A stretch of 48,827 bases of DNA from a virus (taxonomy: Duplodnaviria > Caudoviricetes): positions 1 to 48,827 of the IMG/VR virus record IMGVR_UViG_3300028536_000021; one strand, 5' to 3'. A program made the position numbers and the translations under genes. The notes under the pieces are model-generated. The model was not told the origin of the DNA, did no database searches, and saw only the letters and a program-made list of their open reading frames with translations. Positions 14,506 through 23,192 of this stretch are shown in pieces; position 1 is the stretch's first letter, and each line of letters opens with the position of its first letter.

Positions 14506-15967
14506 TTGCTGCGTGACAATGGAGGTTTTCGATGTCTTGCGGCCACAACTGGACGCTACTACGCGGGCCACCTATTCTTTCTCCAAAGAACTCCAAGGTC
14601 CTGTGCTTGAAATGCGGCTGCGTGGAGTCCTTGTTGACCAAGAACGCAAAGCCGAAGTCTTCGACCTCTACTTCGAACGACTCGATCGCCTCGAATCCCA
14701 GCTCGAACGGATCGTCCGAGAAGGTGTCGGGATGCACGGATTCAACTGGCAAAGCCCAAAGCAACTAGCGGAGCTGTTCTATGATCGTCTTGGAATTCCA
14801 CCCGTGCGATATCGAGGAAATGTCACAGTCAATCGGGGAGCTCTTGAGAAGTTGGAATCATATCTTGTGGCTAGACCAATTATCAATCACCTTACAGCCA
14901 TGCGAGACATCGGAAAGAAAATCAGCGTTCTTAAAACTGACATTGACTCCGACGGGCGTATCAGAACCTCGTACAATATCGGAGGCACGAACACTGGTCG
15001 CCTTTCTTCTTCACTGTCAGAATTTGGCACCGGGGGTAATCTTCAAAATATTGAAGACCTCCTCCGTTCCATCTTCGTCGCCGATCCAGGAATGAAGATG
15101 GCCTACATCGATGCCGAACAAGGCGAAAGCAGAGTTGTCGGAGGGATTGAGTATGCACTGTTCGGTGATGGTCGTTATTTGGATGCATGCGAGAGCGGTG
15201 ACCTTCATACAACGGTGGCTAAGCTCGTCTGGCCCCGATTGCCTTGGACAGGGGACATTGATCGAGATATGGATCTCGCCGAACAACCGTATTATCGGCA
15301 CTATTCAAGACGGTTTATGTGTAAGAAAATTGGACATGGAACTAACTACGCTGGTCAGCCACGGACGCTTGCTGAACAAGCCAAGGTCGATGTGGAGCTG
15401 ATCGAAGAATTCCAGCCCATCTACTTCCGCGCCTTCCCCGCGCATTTGAAATGGCACGCCAATGTCCAAACCCGACTCGAATCCTCCGGCACTCTCACCT
15501 CCCTCCTCGGCCGAAGACGCCAGTTCTGGGGCCGCCGGAACGACCCCGAAACTCTCCGCGCGGCAATCGCTTATGATCCACAGGGAAGCCTTGCTGATAT
15601 CGTCAATCGAGGAGGACTTCAGCTTTGGAAGGCGAAGCTCTGCCAGATCTTAATGCAAGTCCATGACGCCTGGGTAGTGCAGTATCCAGAGAAGCAGGAG
15701 GATGAGATCTTGCCAAAGATCGTTGCGGCTTTGCGTTACCCGGTCGAGATTAGCGATCGGCAGTTGGTCATTCCCTACGATATAAAAACCGGATGGAACT
15801 TCGCCGAATATTGCTGCGGCGATCGAACACGGCCTGAATGCAAAGAATGTAGGAAAGAACAAAATCTCCATGGGCTCAAGAAATACCGCGGAAAAGACAA
15901 ACGGCAGCGCCCAGCGGCAGTGCATTTCCTGGATCGAATCATTCGTAAAGTGGGGAGCGGAACTTGA
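14423..15967 (+). CDS. polA: Family A DNA polymerase (ExoIII plus polymerase domain)
   Basis: YNGLD (ExoIII); GVLVD; FNWQSPKQ; TNTGRLSSS; NLQN; motif A YIDAEQGESR; motif B RFMCKKIGHGTNY; motif C QVHDA. Confidence 0.93.
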   Translation: MARIINTAKMAPERLKAWERDQIYNGLDCCVTMEVFDVLRPQLDATTRATYSFSKELQGPVLEMRLRGVLVDQERKAEVFDLYFERLDRLESQLERIVREGVGMHGFNWQSPKQLAELFYDRLGIPPVRYRGNVTVNRGALEKLESYLVARPIINHLTAMRDIGKKISVLKTDIDSDGRIRTSYNIGGTNTGRLSSSLSEFGTGGNLQNIEDLLRSIFVADPGMKMAYIDAEQGESRVVGGIEYALFGDGRYLDACESGDLHTTVAKLVWPRLPWTGDIDRDMDLAEQPYYRHYSRRFMCKKIGHGTNYAGQPRTLAEQAKVDVELIEEFQPIYFRAFPAHLKWHANVQTRLESSGTLTSLLGRRRQFWGRRNDPETLRAAIAYDPQGSLADIVNRGGLQLWKAKLCQILMQVHDAWVVQYPEKQEDEILPKIVAALRYPVEISDRQLVIPYDIKTGWNFAEYCCGDRTRPECKECRKEQNLHGLKKYRGKDKRQRPAAVHFLDRIIRKVGSGT

Positions 15968-17075
15968 GACCCCGGAGATCTTCCGGCAATGGGGCGCGAT
16001 CGCCATGGTTTCAGCGGTCCTGGAGCAGAAGGCCTTCTTCTTCAACTCGGGGATCGTCTACCCAAACCTATTCGTGATGTTAATCGGCGGCCCTGGGGTC
16101 GGAAAGAGCCGGACGATCCGGCCGCTTCGGGCCTTGGCCAAGGAACTCAAAGGCTTCCACATCAGCCCCGACGATATGACCGGGGCGTCGTTGGTCGACG
16201 CCATGGTCAACGCCACAAGGACCATCGATGCAAGTATCCTCGACAACCGGCCAGCCGTGTACTTCAATTCCCTCTTCGCAATGGTCAGCGATCTCCAATC
16301 GACCATGCACGACTACAACAACGAACTCGTTGCGAAGATGACGATCTTCTACGACTGCGACCCGTTTATGCAAGCTCGGCGGGGGATCAAGGAGAACGCG
16401 AGCATCGACTCACCGCAGTTATCAATGCTGACCGGCACGACCGACTCGCACCTGATAAAGACCCTTCCCGAAGGTGCGTGGGAGCAGGGGTTCATGTCGC
16501 GGACGATAATGGTCTACTCGGCCGCTCGGGCAATGAAGGATGATTTCTTCGAGGAAAAGCCCAAACCAATTCCAAAGGAACTAGAACATGATCTTAAAGC
16601 AATCTTCGGCCTTCACGGCCAGTTTAGCGCTGATGATGATTTTCGCGCTGCCTTTAATAGCTGGCGACGAGAGGGACACAAACCTGCTCCTGATCACCAA
16701 AGGCTCAAAAGCTACTGCGCCAGAAGAGAAATCCACTTGCTCAAGCTGGCCATGGTCTCCAGCGCCGACCGCGGAGATTCCCTCGGTATGGATCTGCAAG
16801 ACTTCAACCGGGCTAAGACTTGGTTGGAATCTGCGGAACGGGCAATGCCCATGGTGTTCGAGCAAGCAGTGTCAGTCGACTCAAAGCTCATGCTTGAGGT
16901 AGCCGACTCGATCGGGTCCAAAGGGGTAATGGAACACACCTTCATGCGGAGGATGGCGGGAAAATTCCCCGGCCACGCCGTTCGCAGGGTCGTGGAGTTG
17001 ATGGTCGACTCGAAGATGATCGAGTTCTCCAACGGCAAAGGTGTACAGAGGTGGGTTAGGAAGGTTGATGGATAA
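15870..17075 (+). CDS. DUF3987-like AAA+ ATPase, putative replicative helicase
   Basis: YPNLFVMLIGGPGVGKS; LSMLTGTT; QGFMSR; HLLKLAM; start codon uncertain. Confidence 0.75.
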   Translation: MGSRNTAEKTNGSAQRQCISWIESFVKWGAELETPEIFRQWGAIAMVSAVLEQKAFFFNSGIVYPNLFVMLIGGPGVGKSRTIRPLRALAKELKGFHISPDDMTGASLVDAMVNATRTIDASILDNRPAVYFNSLFAMVSDLQSTMHDYNNELVAKMTIFYDCDPFMQARRGIKENASIDSPQLSMLTGTTDSHLIKTLPEGAWEQGFMSRTIMVYSAARAMKDDFFEEKPKPIPKELEHDLKAIFGLHGQFSADDDFRAAFNSWRREGHKPAPDHQRLKSYCARREIHLLKLAMVSSADRGDSLGMDLQDFNRAKTWLESAERAMPMVFEQAVSVDSKLMLEVADSIGSKGVMEHTFMRRMAGKFPGHAVRRVVELMVDSKMIEFSNGKGVQRWVRKVDG

Positions 17076-17382
17076 TGCCAATCCCTCGGCGGAGTTCATC
17101 ATACCACTGCTCAAGCTTGCCGACCCTACGGTCCAATCCTGTAGCCCGCTCTCGATCAACGGCAAGGGACTCCATTCGGATCTCAAGGCTCTCAACGCGC
17201 TGGTCGATCTTTTCCGAGACTGTCTTAAGCGCTGTGAGTTCTCTTGTTTGTTGCTCGCCGATGAGTTGGAATGACGTTAGCACCTGCCCCAGCTTAACAG
17301 ACAACATCACCACAGCCCAGACAACCGCACCGACGACTGTGGTGATACCTATTCCCAATGCAACCCACGCTTCCGGATTCAT
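17056..17382 (-). CDS. N-terminal TM plus coiled-coil protein (holin- or i-spanin-like)
   Basis: AWVALGIGITTVVGAVVWAVVMLSV followed by heptads; last gene of the late arm. Confidence 0.65.
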   Translation of the reverse strand: MNPEAWVALGIGITTVVGAVVWAVVMLSVKLGQVLTSFQLIGEQQTRELTALKTVSEKIDQRVESLEIRMESLAVDRERATGLDRRVGKLEQWYDELRRGIGIIHQPS

Positions 17383-17401
17383 TTCCAGATCTTTCAACGG
17401 A

Positions 17402-17426
17402 GAAAAGGGAGGGCCGAAGTCCTCCC
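17402..17426 (-). terminator. Probable terminator after the OMP gene
   Basis: GGGAGGAC-UUCG-GCCCUCCC-UUUU on the minus strand (one mismatch). Confidence 0.55.
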
Positions 17427-17444
17427 GAAGTCCTCCCCAAGTCG

Positions 17445-18080
17445 TCAGAACTTGTAGTTCAACGAGAGCTTTATGATATCGTCAGTCTTCTGAGTGGTCG
17501 ATCCATCCGCTAGGGTGTTCGCCCCGTAGACAGCATGGATGTAATCCAATTTCCCAAACCACCTGGCGCTGACGTCGAAGGCAATGCCCGCTCCTGTCGC
17601 CCATGCCGATCCCCATGGCCTCTCGATCGCGCCGAGCTTGATGTATGGTGATAGTGTCGAGGCGAGAAGGCTCGCCGGGAGTGTGCCCGGGATGGTCGGC
17701 GTGGTGCCGAAGATGCCACTGAGGGGCATCCCAAGATCCACGAACTCCCCGAACATGTAGCCTGGGTTGATGGCGGCAGGGAGGGCATTGGCCACTCCTG
17801 CATTCTGGAACATGTAATCCCCGAAGACCTCTGCTCCGAAGTACACCTTGGAATCCCAGTACTGGTAGCCGGCGTTGAGGCCGAGGCCGCCGCCATTGGC
17901 GAAAATGCCACCTCCGGCCACATTGAGTCCACTGCCAACCCCGGCGACGTTGAAGCCACCGTAGAAGCCGGAGCAGGCAGTGGTGGTGCAAGGGACGTAG
18001 GTCGAGGCTTTGGGAAGGTCTGCGCCAAAGCTAGGACTAACCAACACCGAAAGGCCAAGGGCAACGAGTAGGTTACGCAT
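17445..18080 (-). CDS. Omp25/Omp31/RopB-like 8-stranded outer-membrane beta-barrel protein
   Basis: Signal peptide then ADLPKA; SGFYGGFNV; AGYQY; YFGAE; PYIKLG; WATGAGI; C-terminal beta-signal LSLNYKF; GGAGG SD. Confidence 0.85.
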   Translation of the reverse strand: MRNLLVALGLSVLVSPSFGADLPKASTYVPCTTTACSGFYGGFNVAGVGSGLNVAGGGIFANGGGLGLNAGYQYWDSKVYFGAEVFGDYMFQNAGVANALPAAINPGYMFGEFVDLGMPLSGIFGTTPTIPGTLPASLLASTLSPYIKLGAIERPWGSAWATGAGIAFDVSARWFGKLDYIHAVYGANTLADGSTTQKTDDIIKLSLNYKF

Positions 18081-18267
18081 CTTTCCCTCCCGTCGGTGCA
18101 TTGAGCGCCTTCATATGCATCGCCACCCCAGCCACCATAGTGGCCGCAGTGCCAAGATCCGCAGCAATGGCCGTCATCTGATCGCCGGACAAGTGGTACC
18201 TGCCGGCCACCCACGACAGCCCTGCCGTTGCCGCGTAGCCTGCAATCGGCTTGAACATTTCAAACAT
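18073..18267 (-). CDS. Small two-helix membrane protein, putative holin
   Basis: Two moderately hydrophobic segments; AGGAGG SD; TAATG coupling. Confidence 0.5.
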   Translation of the reverse strand: MFEMFKPIAGYAATAGLSWVAGRYHLSGDQMTAIAADLGTAATMVAGVAMHMKALNAPTGGKDA

Positions 18268-21200
18268 TACCGTCCTCCTTCTATGACCCGAAGCCCCCGC
18301 TCTACGAGGTCCGGGCGGTTGTCCCTTGGGCTCATTTCTCCCTTAGTCAGTCCTCGATACCAGTCTTTCAAAGACCTGGGCCGGGCTTTTCCTGAATGCA
18401 AATCCGTCAAGAACTCTGCGACGTTGCCGAACTCGCCCGCAAGACCGGTCCCAATGCCAATGGCTGTGATAGCATGTTTGACAGTCTTGCCTGCGTGTTG
18501 CTTGTTCAGGCCGTAGCGACCTGACGCCGCGTCACGGATCAGGTCTGTTAGGGGTTTGGCTTCTGTGTTGGCCAGGCCAAAGCTCGGGTCCTTTCCAGCG
18601 GCAATGGCGTTGGCTACATCCCGAACAAGCGGCCACGGAGCGGCCAAGGACTTCAAGCCTCCCTTCGCGACCTGCTTCTCAAAGGACTCCTTTTCGCCGC
18701 TCGAAGGCGTCACCAACTCTTCGAAAACTGCAACAGCGAGAACCGAAACAGTCAGGCCCAAGGCTAGCTCAGGGACGTTCTTCAAGGCCTCAGCTGTCTC
18801 GCCCTTCGAAGCCAGCCCCGCTGTCTCCTTCGCCTTGACCGCCAGCTCGTACTGACGGTTTGCGATACGATTCATGAAGCTGTACAGCGATGCAATCCAA
18901 GGACCACCTATGCCAGCAAACCCTCGCCGCATGATCTCCGGCCGATAGGTGATCGCAGTCGATCCGTGTGCCCTAGCGACTGCCCGGTTGCCTGCGTAGA
19001 TGGCATCGGCTGGAGACCGACCTTCCTCAGTAGCCTTAGTGAAGGCCGCAATGGCCGTCGGCACCGCGGAAGCCAAGTCGAGATAGGCAATTGGTTTGGT
19101 CTGCAGGCTCAACAGCTGTCGTCGCCAATCTTGTCCGATTAGGGCCGACTGCTGAGCGCCGCTAATCGTCTCCATCCAATTCTGGTGCCGCCGCTGGAGT
19201 TCTTCAAAAGTGTCCATCGCCCAGTTCCATTGCTTCTTGGCGGAAGCTGGATCGGTCGTCCAGACGCTATGGAAGGCGTCTTTGAAATAACCAAACCCCA
19301 CCTCTTCAGCAGATCTAAGGCCAGCAGTGAGAGTGTGCTTTTCAATAGTCCTTGGGTTAAATCCAACCAACATGCCGATAGTGTTCTGTCGCGTGAACTC
19401 GGCCCAACGCGCGAAGGCCTCCTGGTTAACCGTCGTGACGTTGGCAGAGTTCGCGATGTCCTGAAGCCAAGGGATGAACAGGCCCTCGAACTCCTTCCCA
19501 TAGCTTGCCCGCATCTGATTACGGAACTTCGGCTCGTAGATGATCTTGCTGGCGTTGATCACGGCCTCGCGGAAAGCGATGTCATGGATCTCGTGATAGA
19601 AACGCCCAGGGACTTCATCCAGCTCCAAGCTCAACGGATATTCGACTCCTGTTCGCGACTTGGAATAGCCAGCTGGCGTCGAGGCACGGGTGTAACCTTT
19701 GGTGAAAAGGTCCTCGTCCTGTGGCCTTCGCTCTGTGGGTTTGACGTAGAGCTTGTCTTCGATCAACGGATGATACCAGCCAGGATAGGTGCCGAATGGG
19801 GTCTGGATCGGGGTGAGTTCGAGGGACTCCGGCGCCTCTCCGCTCAACCGCCGATACATGTTCTGCGCCTGCTTCCACAACCCACCGAACAAATCCCCAT
19901 GTGCCTGGGCCCAATCCCAATCGGCCTTGGTCGCGATCTGATGGACCCACTGCATGACCTGCGCAGGCTCGAGCTTGAAGCCATCAGCTAGCTTCTGGCG
20001 GTTGCTGGCGTTACCGACGTTGAGCAACACTGCGCGGAAGTTCCTCTTTGTCATTGCAACGAAGGGCTGTCCTTCGAAGTTGAACTCCGGATCTGGCCGC
20101 CGGAACAGGTTGTTCGGCACCGAGGCGTTCAGATCTTCCGGCGACAACTGCCCTGGCAACTGACCGTAGGCCTTGGCCGTGTCCCGGTCGAGCTTGGCTG
20201 CGTAGTTTCCTGCCTCAAACAGTGGCCGCCCGACGTATTGATTAAAAAAGCCAAAGGGATCGAAGTGATCCATGCGGTTTAGGATGTTGTCCACACTCAG
20301 AGTCACGGCAAGGTAGCTCCGCCCGAACTTCTTGAGCTCGGTCCAAGGGCCTTTCTGGTAATTCAAATCCTCCGCAGGCCCTGTGATCTCCCGGGACTTT
20401 ATGATCTGCGCCTTGGCCTTGTCTAGCGCCTCGGCCTTATCTAGTGACTGACCAGCGGATATGATCTTACCCTCGTCGCGGCCGTTCTTGATCAGGGAGT
20501 TCACAGCGCCCATTGCCTGCCGAGCCTCGCGGACCGACAGCTCCTCGATTGGCTTCTTGAAGCTCGGGTCAAGAAGGAACTCAGGAATGGAGAATTCCCG
20601 TCCCTCGGTTTTCTTGGAGTCGATGAAAGCCCCAAGGCTCGTGTCAGCCGATGCCTGGATCTCCGCCGCCAAATCCCCCTCAGTCCGCGCCACTGTCCGT
20701 CCAAGCCGCATGAGGATGTCCTGAACCCAGCGCTTGTACGGAGCAGTTTCCTCAGTGTTGAAGCCTGAGACTTCCCGATCCCGGAAGCGATTGGCTTGCC
20801 GGTCGAAGAGCTTGGCTTGTCGTTCGATCTTCCGCGCATCCTTGGCTATCTGCGCTGAGATGTATTGGGCCTGAGCGTTCTGGAAAGCCACCAGAGGATC
20901 ATCAGCAAGCAAGGCCTTCTCCAACCGCCGCCCAGCCTTCCCCGCCTCCCGCAAGTACCGGTCCGACTTCATTGCGCCGAAGACTTCCTCGTCGAGGAGC
21001 TTCGCGGCCCCGAAGTCCACGGCCTGCTTGGTCAGCGGAACTTCTGCGCCAACACGAGAAGCTAGCTGCACCATCTGCTCGTGAAGCATCTCCATCTGTG
21101 TGATCGAAAGCGCGTGGTCTTTGGCCTCCGCCAGCCGTTCCTCTGCCGACTCCCCGAGCTTCTCATTGACCCGGCGGAAGACCTCGGCGTCGGTCAGCCG

Positions 21201-23192
21201 CTTGACGATGTCCCCGCGGAACCCGGCGGCCTCTCGCTCTGTTGCCGCAAGGGTTCGGATCAGATCTTCGCCGTCCGCAAAGCCCCAGAGATTCGCCACA
21301 TCGTCCGGGTCCATACCACGGTCGGAGACGAACCGATCGGGAAGCTGGTCGATCTGCTCATCGGTGAGGCGATCGCGAGCTAGCTTTGGCCGGCGACCAA
21401 GCTTCTGTCCCATGTACTGACCGTCGTCGAAGAACTTAAACGCGGCGATGTCAGGCCGTGAACGGACCTCATCTTCGACCTCCAAGCGGATCCGCTCCGC
21501 CTCGGCCTTCCAGTCGGTGGTGTTCTCGCGGTGTGCCTGGGCCTCAGCACGCTTCAGCCGCCACTCTACATCTTCGGCGTCGCGCTGGGCTATCAGCTGC
21601 TCGTACTTTGTCATCTCCCGTCCGGTTCGGCCAATTGCAGACCTGGCCAATGGCACACCAGCACCGAGGGGCCTAGGTGGCTCATCTTCACGGCGGATCA
21701 AAGGCTCTTCGAACGAAGGCTGTCCAATCAAGTCCTTGGAGTCTAAATCAGCGTTGCGATATTCCTTGGGCCTCGTGTATTGCCCCGCATCTTCGGCGAT
21801 TTTAGCGGCTTCTTGCCTGTTTACATACCTGCCTTTCGAAGTAACAAACCCTTGATCCTCTTCTGGAATATATCCAACCTCACTACCGAGCCGACGCTCT
21901 AGATCGTCAACAATAGTCGGGTGAGTCGCGCCTTCATGCACCTCCCCTTGGTATCTTATCGCGGCGCCAACTACTCTTTCCGGTGGCTCCAAGCTCGAGG
22001 CCTGGCGGATGGTGTCGAGGACTGGATCAACTGGCTGGACTGGTTGAGGCGTGGCTTCCTTCAGCTCCTTGACTTCGTTCGTCGATAGATCATCTCCAAT
22101 CGCCACATCGTCTTCGATCGCCTTGTGCTGGTCCTTCTCGAGCCGAAGAAGGTCCTTGACCTGAACGCCGACACTTCCCGGGTCTTGGAGGCGCTCCGGC
22201 GAGACTCCAAGGGCCTCCGCCACGTCAGGGTTCTTTGCCAAGACTTCGGTGGGGATCCTAGCCGTCTGAGGCACCACGTGGTCCATTAGCTCCGAGAACT
22301 TGTCCGGGCTGCGTTGCTTGAGAACCGACTTCTCCCCTGCGTCAAAGGTCTCCTTCAACAGCGCTTTGTTCTGCTCAGCCTGATGCTCATAGAGAAGGTC
22401 GGTCAGAGGATTGGCGCCGGGCGGTGGGCGCTGGCCTGCTTCCAGATAAGGCCCGAGTTCTTGAACCAGCCGCCGGCCGAAGTCTCCTGGGGGACTACCT
22501 TCGGCCGGCGGACTGACTTCCCCAGAGGCAGGTGGGGCGGGGGAAGCCTCGTGGGGAACTCTTGGTGCCTCAGGCTTCATAAGTTCGTATTCGACCAACC
22601 CCGCAAGATCGTTCGAGAACTTCTCCGAGGCTTGTTCGCTCAGGCCCATGTCCTTGGCGTATTGGTTTGTGAACTGCTTCACAAACCCAACGCCTCCGGA
22701 GAAGGCACGGGCCATGGTCTCGAAGGGGACACCTAAGGTCAATGCAGCGGCACGGGCAAGATGACCGGCCTGAGGCATCTTCTCTTCGATGAACTGGGTT
22801 GTGGGCTGCCCAAACCCTGCGCCGAAGCCCTCTTTGAAGCCCCTAAACCCTGCCTCAGCCGCGTGCTTGCCGTTGAGCCGCTCCATGGCCTTGGTGAAGG
22901 TGTCGAGGTTGCCGACATCGTCGTTGATCAACTGGCCGTGGAGGGGATGAGCGTTGACGAAGCCGGTCAGCGCGGGGTTCTGATTGAGGATCTGTTGGCC
23001 AAGGTACTGCTTATGGGCTTTCTCTATCTCATCAGGATTGGCCGCCGCAGTTTCCGGCGATAGGCCAGTGGCGGAAGAGACCTGGAAAGCCCTAGCGGCA
23101 TCGTCAGCAGAACCCTCACCGACCAACGCCTGCCCGGCGGTCTTGTACTGGCCCATCACTGAGTCGATTACGTCGAAGTCTTCCGCCATCAC
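18267..23192 (-). CDS. Large internal virion (ejection) protein, T7 gp16 position
   Basis: 1641 aa, helical, last of three ejection-type genes. Confidence 0.75.
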   Translation of the reverse strand: MMAEDFDVIDSVMGQYKTAGQALVGEGSADDAARAFQVSSATGLSPETAAANPDEIEKAHKQYLGQQILNQNPALTGFVNAHPLHGQLINDDVGNLDTFTKAMERLNGKHAAEAGFRGFKEGFGAGFGQPTTQFIEEKMPQAGHLARAAALTLGVPFETMARAFSGGVGFVKQFTNQYAKDMGLSEQASEKFSNDLAGLVEYELMKPEAPRVPHEASPAPPASGEVSPPAEGSPPGDFGRRLVQELGPYLEAGQRPPPGANPLTDLLYEHQAEQNKALLKETFDAGEKSVLKQRSPDKFSELMDHVVPQTARIPTEVLAKNPDVAEALGVSPERLQDPGSVGVQVKDLLRLEKDQHKAIEDDVAIGDDLSTNEVKELKEATPQPVQPVDPVLDTIRQASSLEPPERVVGAAIRYQGEVHEGATHPTIVDDLERRLGSEVGYIPEEDQGFVTSKGRYVNRQEAAKIAEDAGQYTRPKEYRNADLDSKDLIGQPSFEEPLIRREDEPPRPLGAGVPLARSAIGRTGREMTKYEQLIAQRDAEDVEWRLKRAEAQAHRENTTDWKAEAERIRLEVEDEVRSRPDIAAFKFFDDGQYMGQKLGRRPKLARDRLTDEQIDQLPDRFVSDRGMDPDDVANLWGFADGEDLIRTLAATEREAAGFRGDIVKRLTDAEVFRRVNEKLGESAEERLAEAKDHALSITQMEMLHEQMVQLASRVGAEVPLTKQAVDFGAAKLLDEEVFGAMKSDRYLREAGKAGRRLEKALLADDPLVAFQNAQAQYISAQIAKDARKIERQAKLFDRQANRFRDREVSGFNTEETAPYKRWVQDILMRLGRTVARTEGDLAAEIQASADTSLGAFIDSKKTEGREFSIPEFLLDPSFKKPIEELSVREARQAMGAVNSLIKNGRDEGKIISAGQSLDKAEALDKAKAQIIKSREITGPAEDLNYQKGPWTELKKFGRSYLAVTLSVDNILNRMDHFDPFGFFNQYVGRPLFEAGNYAAKLDRDTAKAYGQLPGQLSPEDLNASVPNNLFRRPDPEFNFEGQPFVAMTKRNFRAVLLNVGNASNRQKLADGFKLEPAQVMQWVHQIATKADWDWAQAHGDLFGGLWKQAQNMYRRLSGEAPESLELTPIQTPFGTYPGWYHPLIEDKLYVKPTERRPQDEDLFTKGYTRASTPAGYSKSRTGVEYPLSLELDEVPGRFYHEIHDIAFREAVINASKIIYEPKFRNQMRASYGKEFEGLFIPWLQDIANSANVTTVNQEAFARWAEFTRQNTIGMLVGFNPRTIEKHTLTAGLRSAEEVGFGYFKDAFHSVWTTDPASAKKQWNWAMDTFEELQRRHQNWMETISGAQQSALIGQDWRRQLLSLQTKPIAYLDLASAVPTAIAAFTKATEEGRSPADAIYAGNRAVARAHGSTAITYRPEIMRRGFAGIGGPWIASLYSFMNRIANRQYELAVKAKETAGLASKGETAEALKNVPELALGLTVSVLAVAVFEELVTPSSGEKESFEKQVAKGGLKSLAAPWPLVRDVANAIAAGKDPSFGLANTEAKPLTDLIRDAASGRYGLNKQHAGKTVKHAITAIGIGTGLAGEFGNVAEFLTDLHSGKARPRSLKDWYRGLTKGEMSPRDNRPDLVERGLRVIEGGR

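Noticed and set aside
2323-17433. Short tandem duplications (GATTGACCCTC x2 at 2323, CTAGGATGACCAT x2 at 5721, CCGAAGTCCTC x2 at 17414)
   Set aside because: Unrelated sequences at gene boundaries, consistent with ordinary slippage; no shared system is evident.
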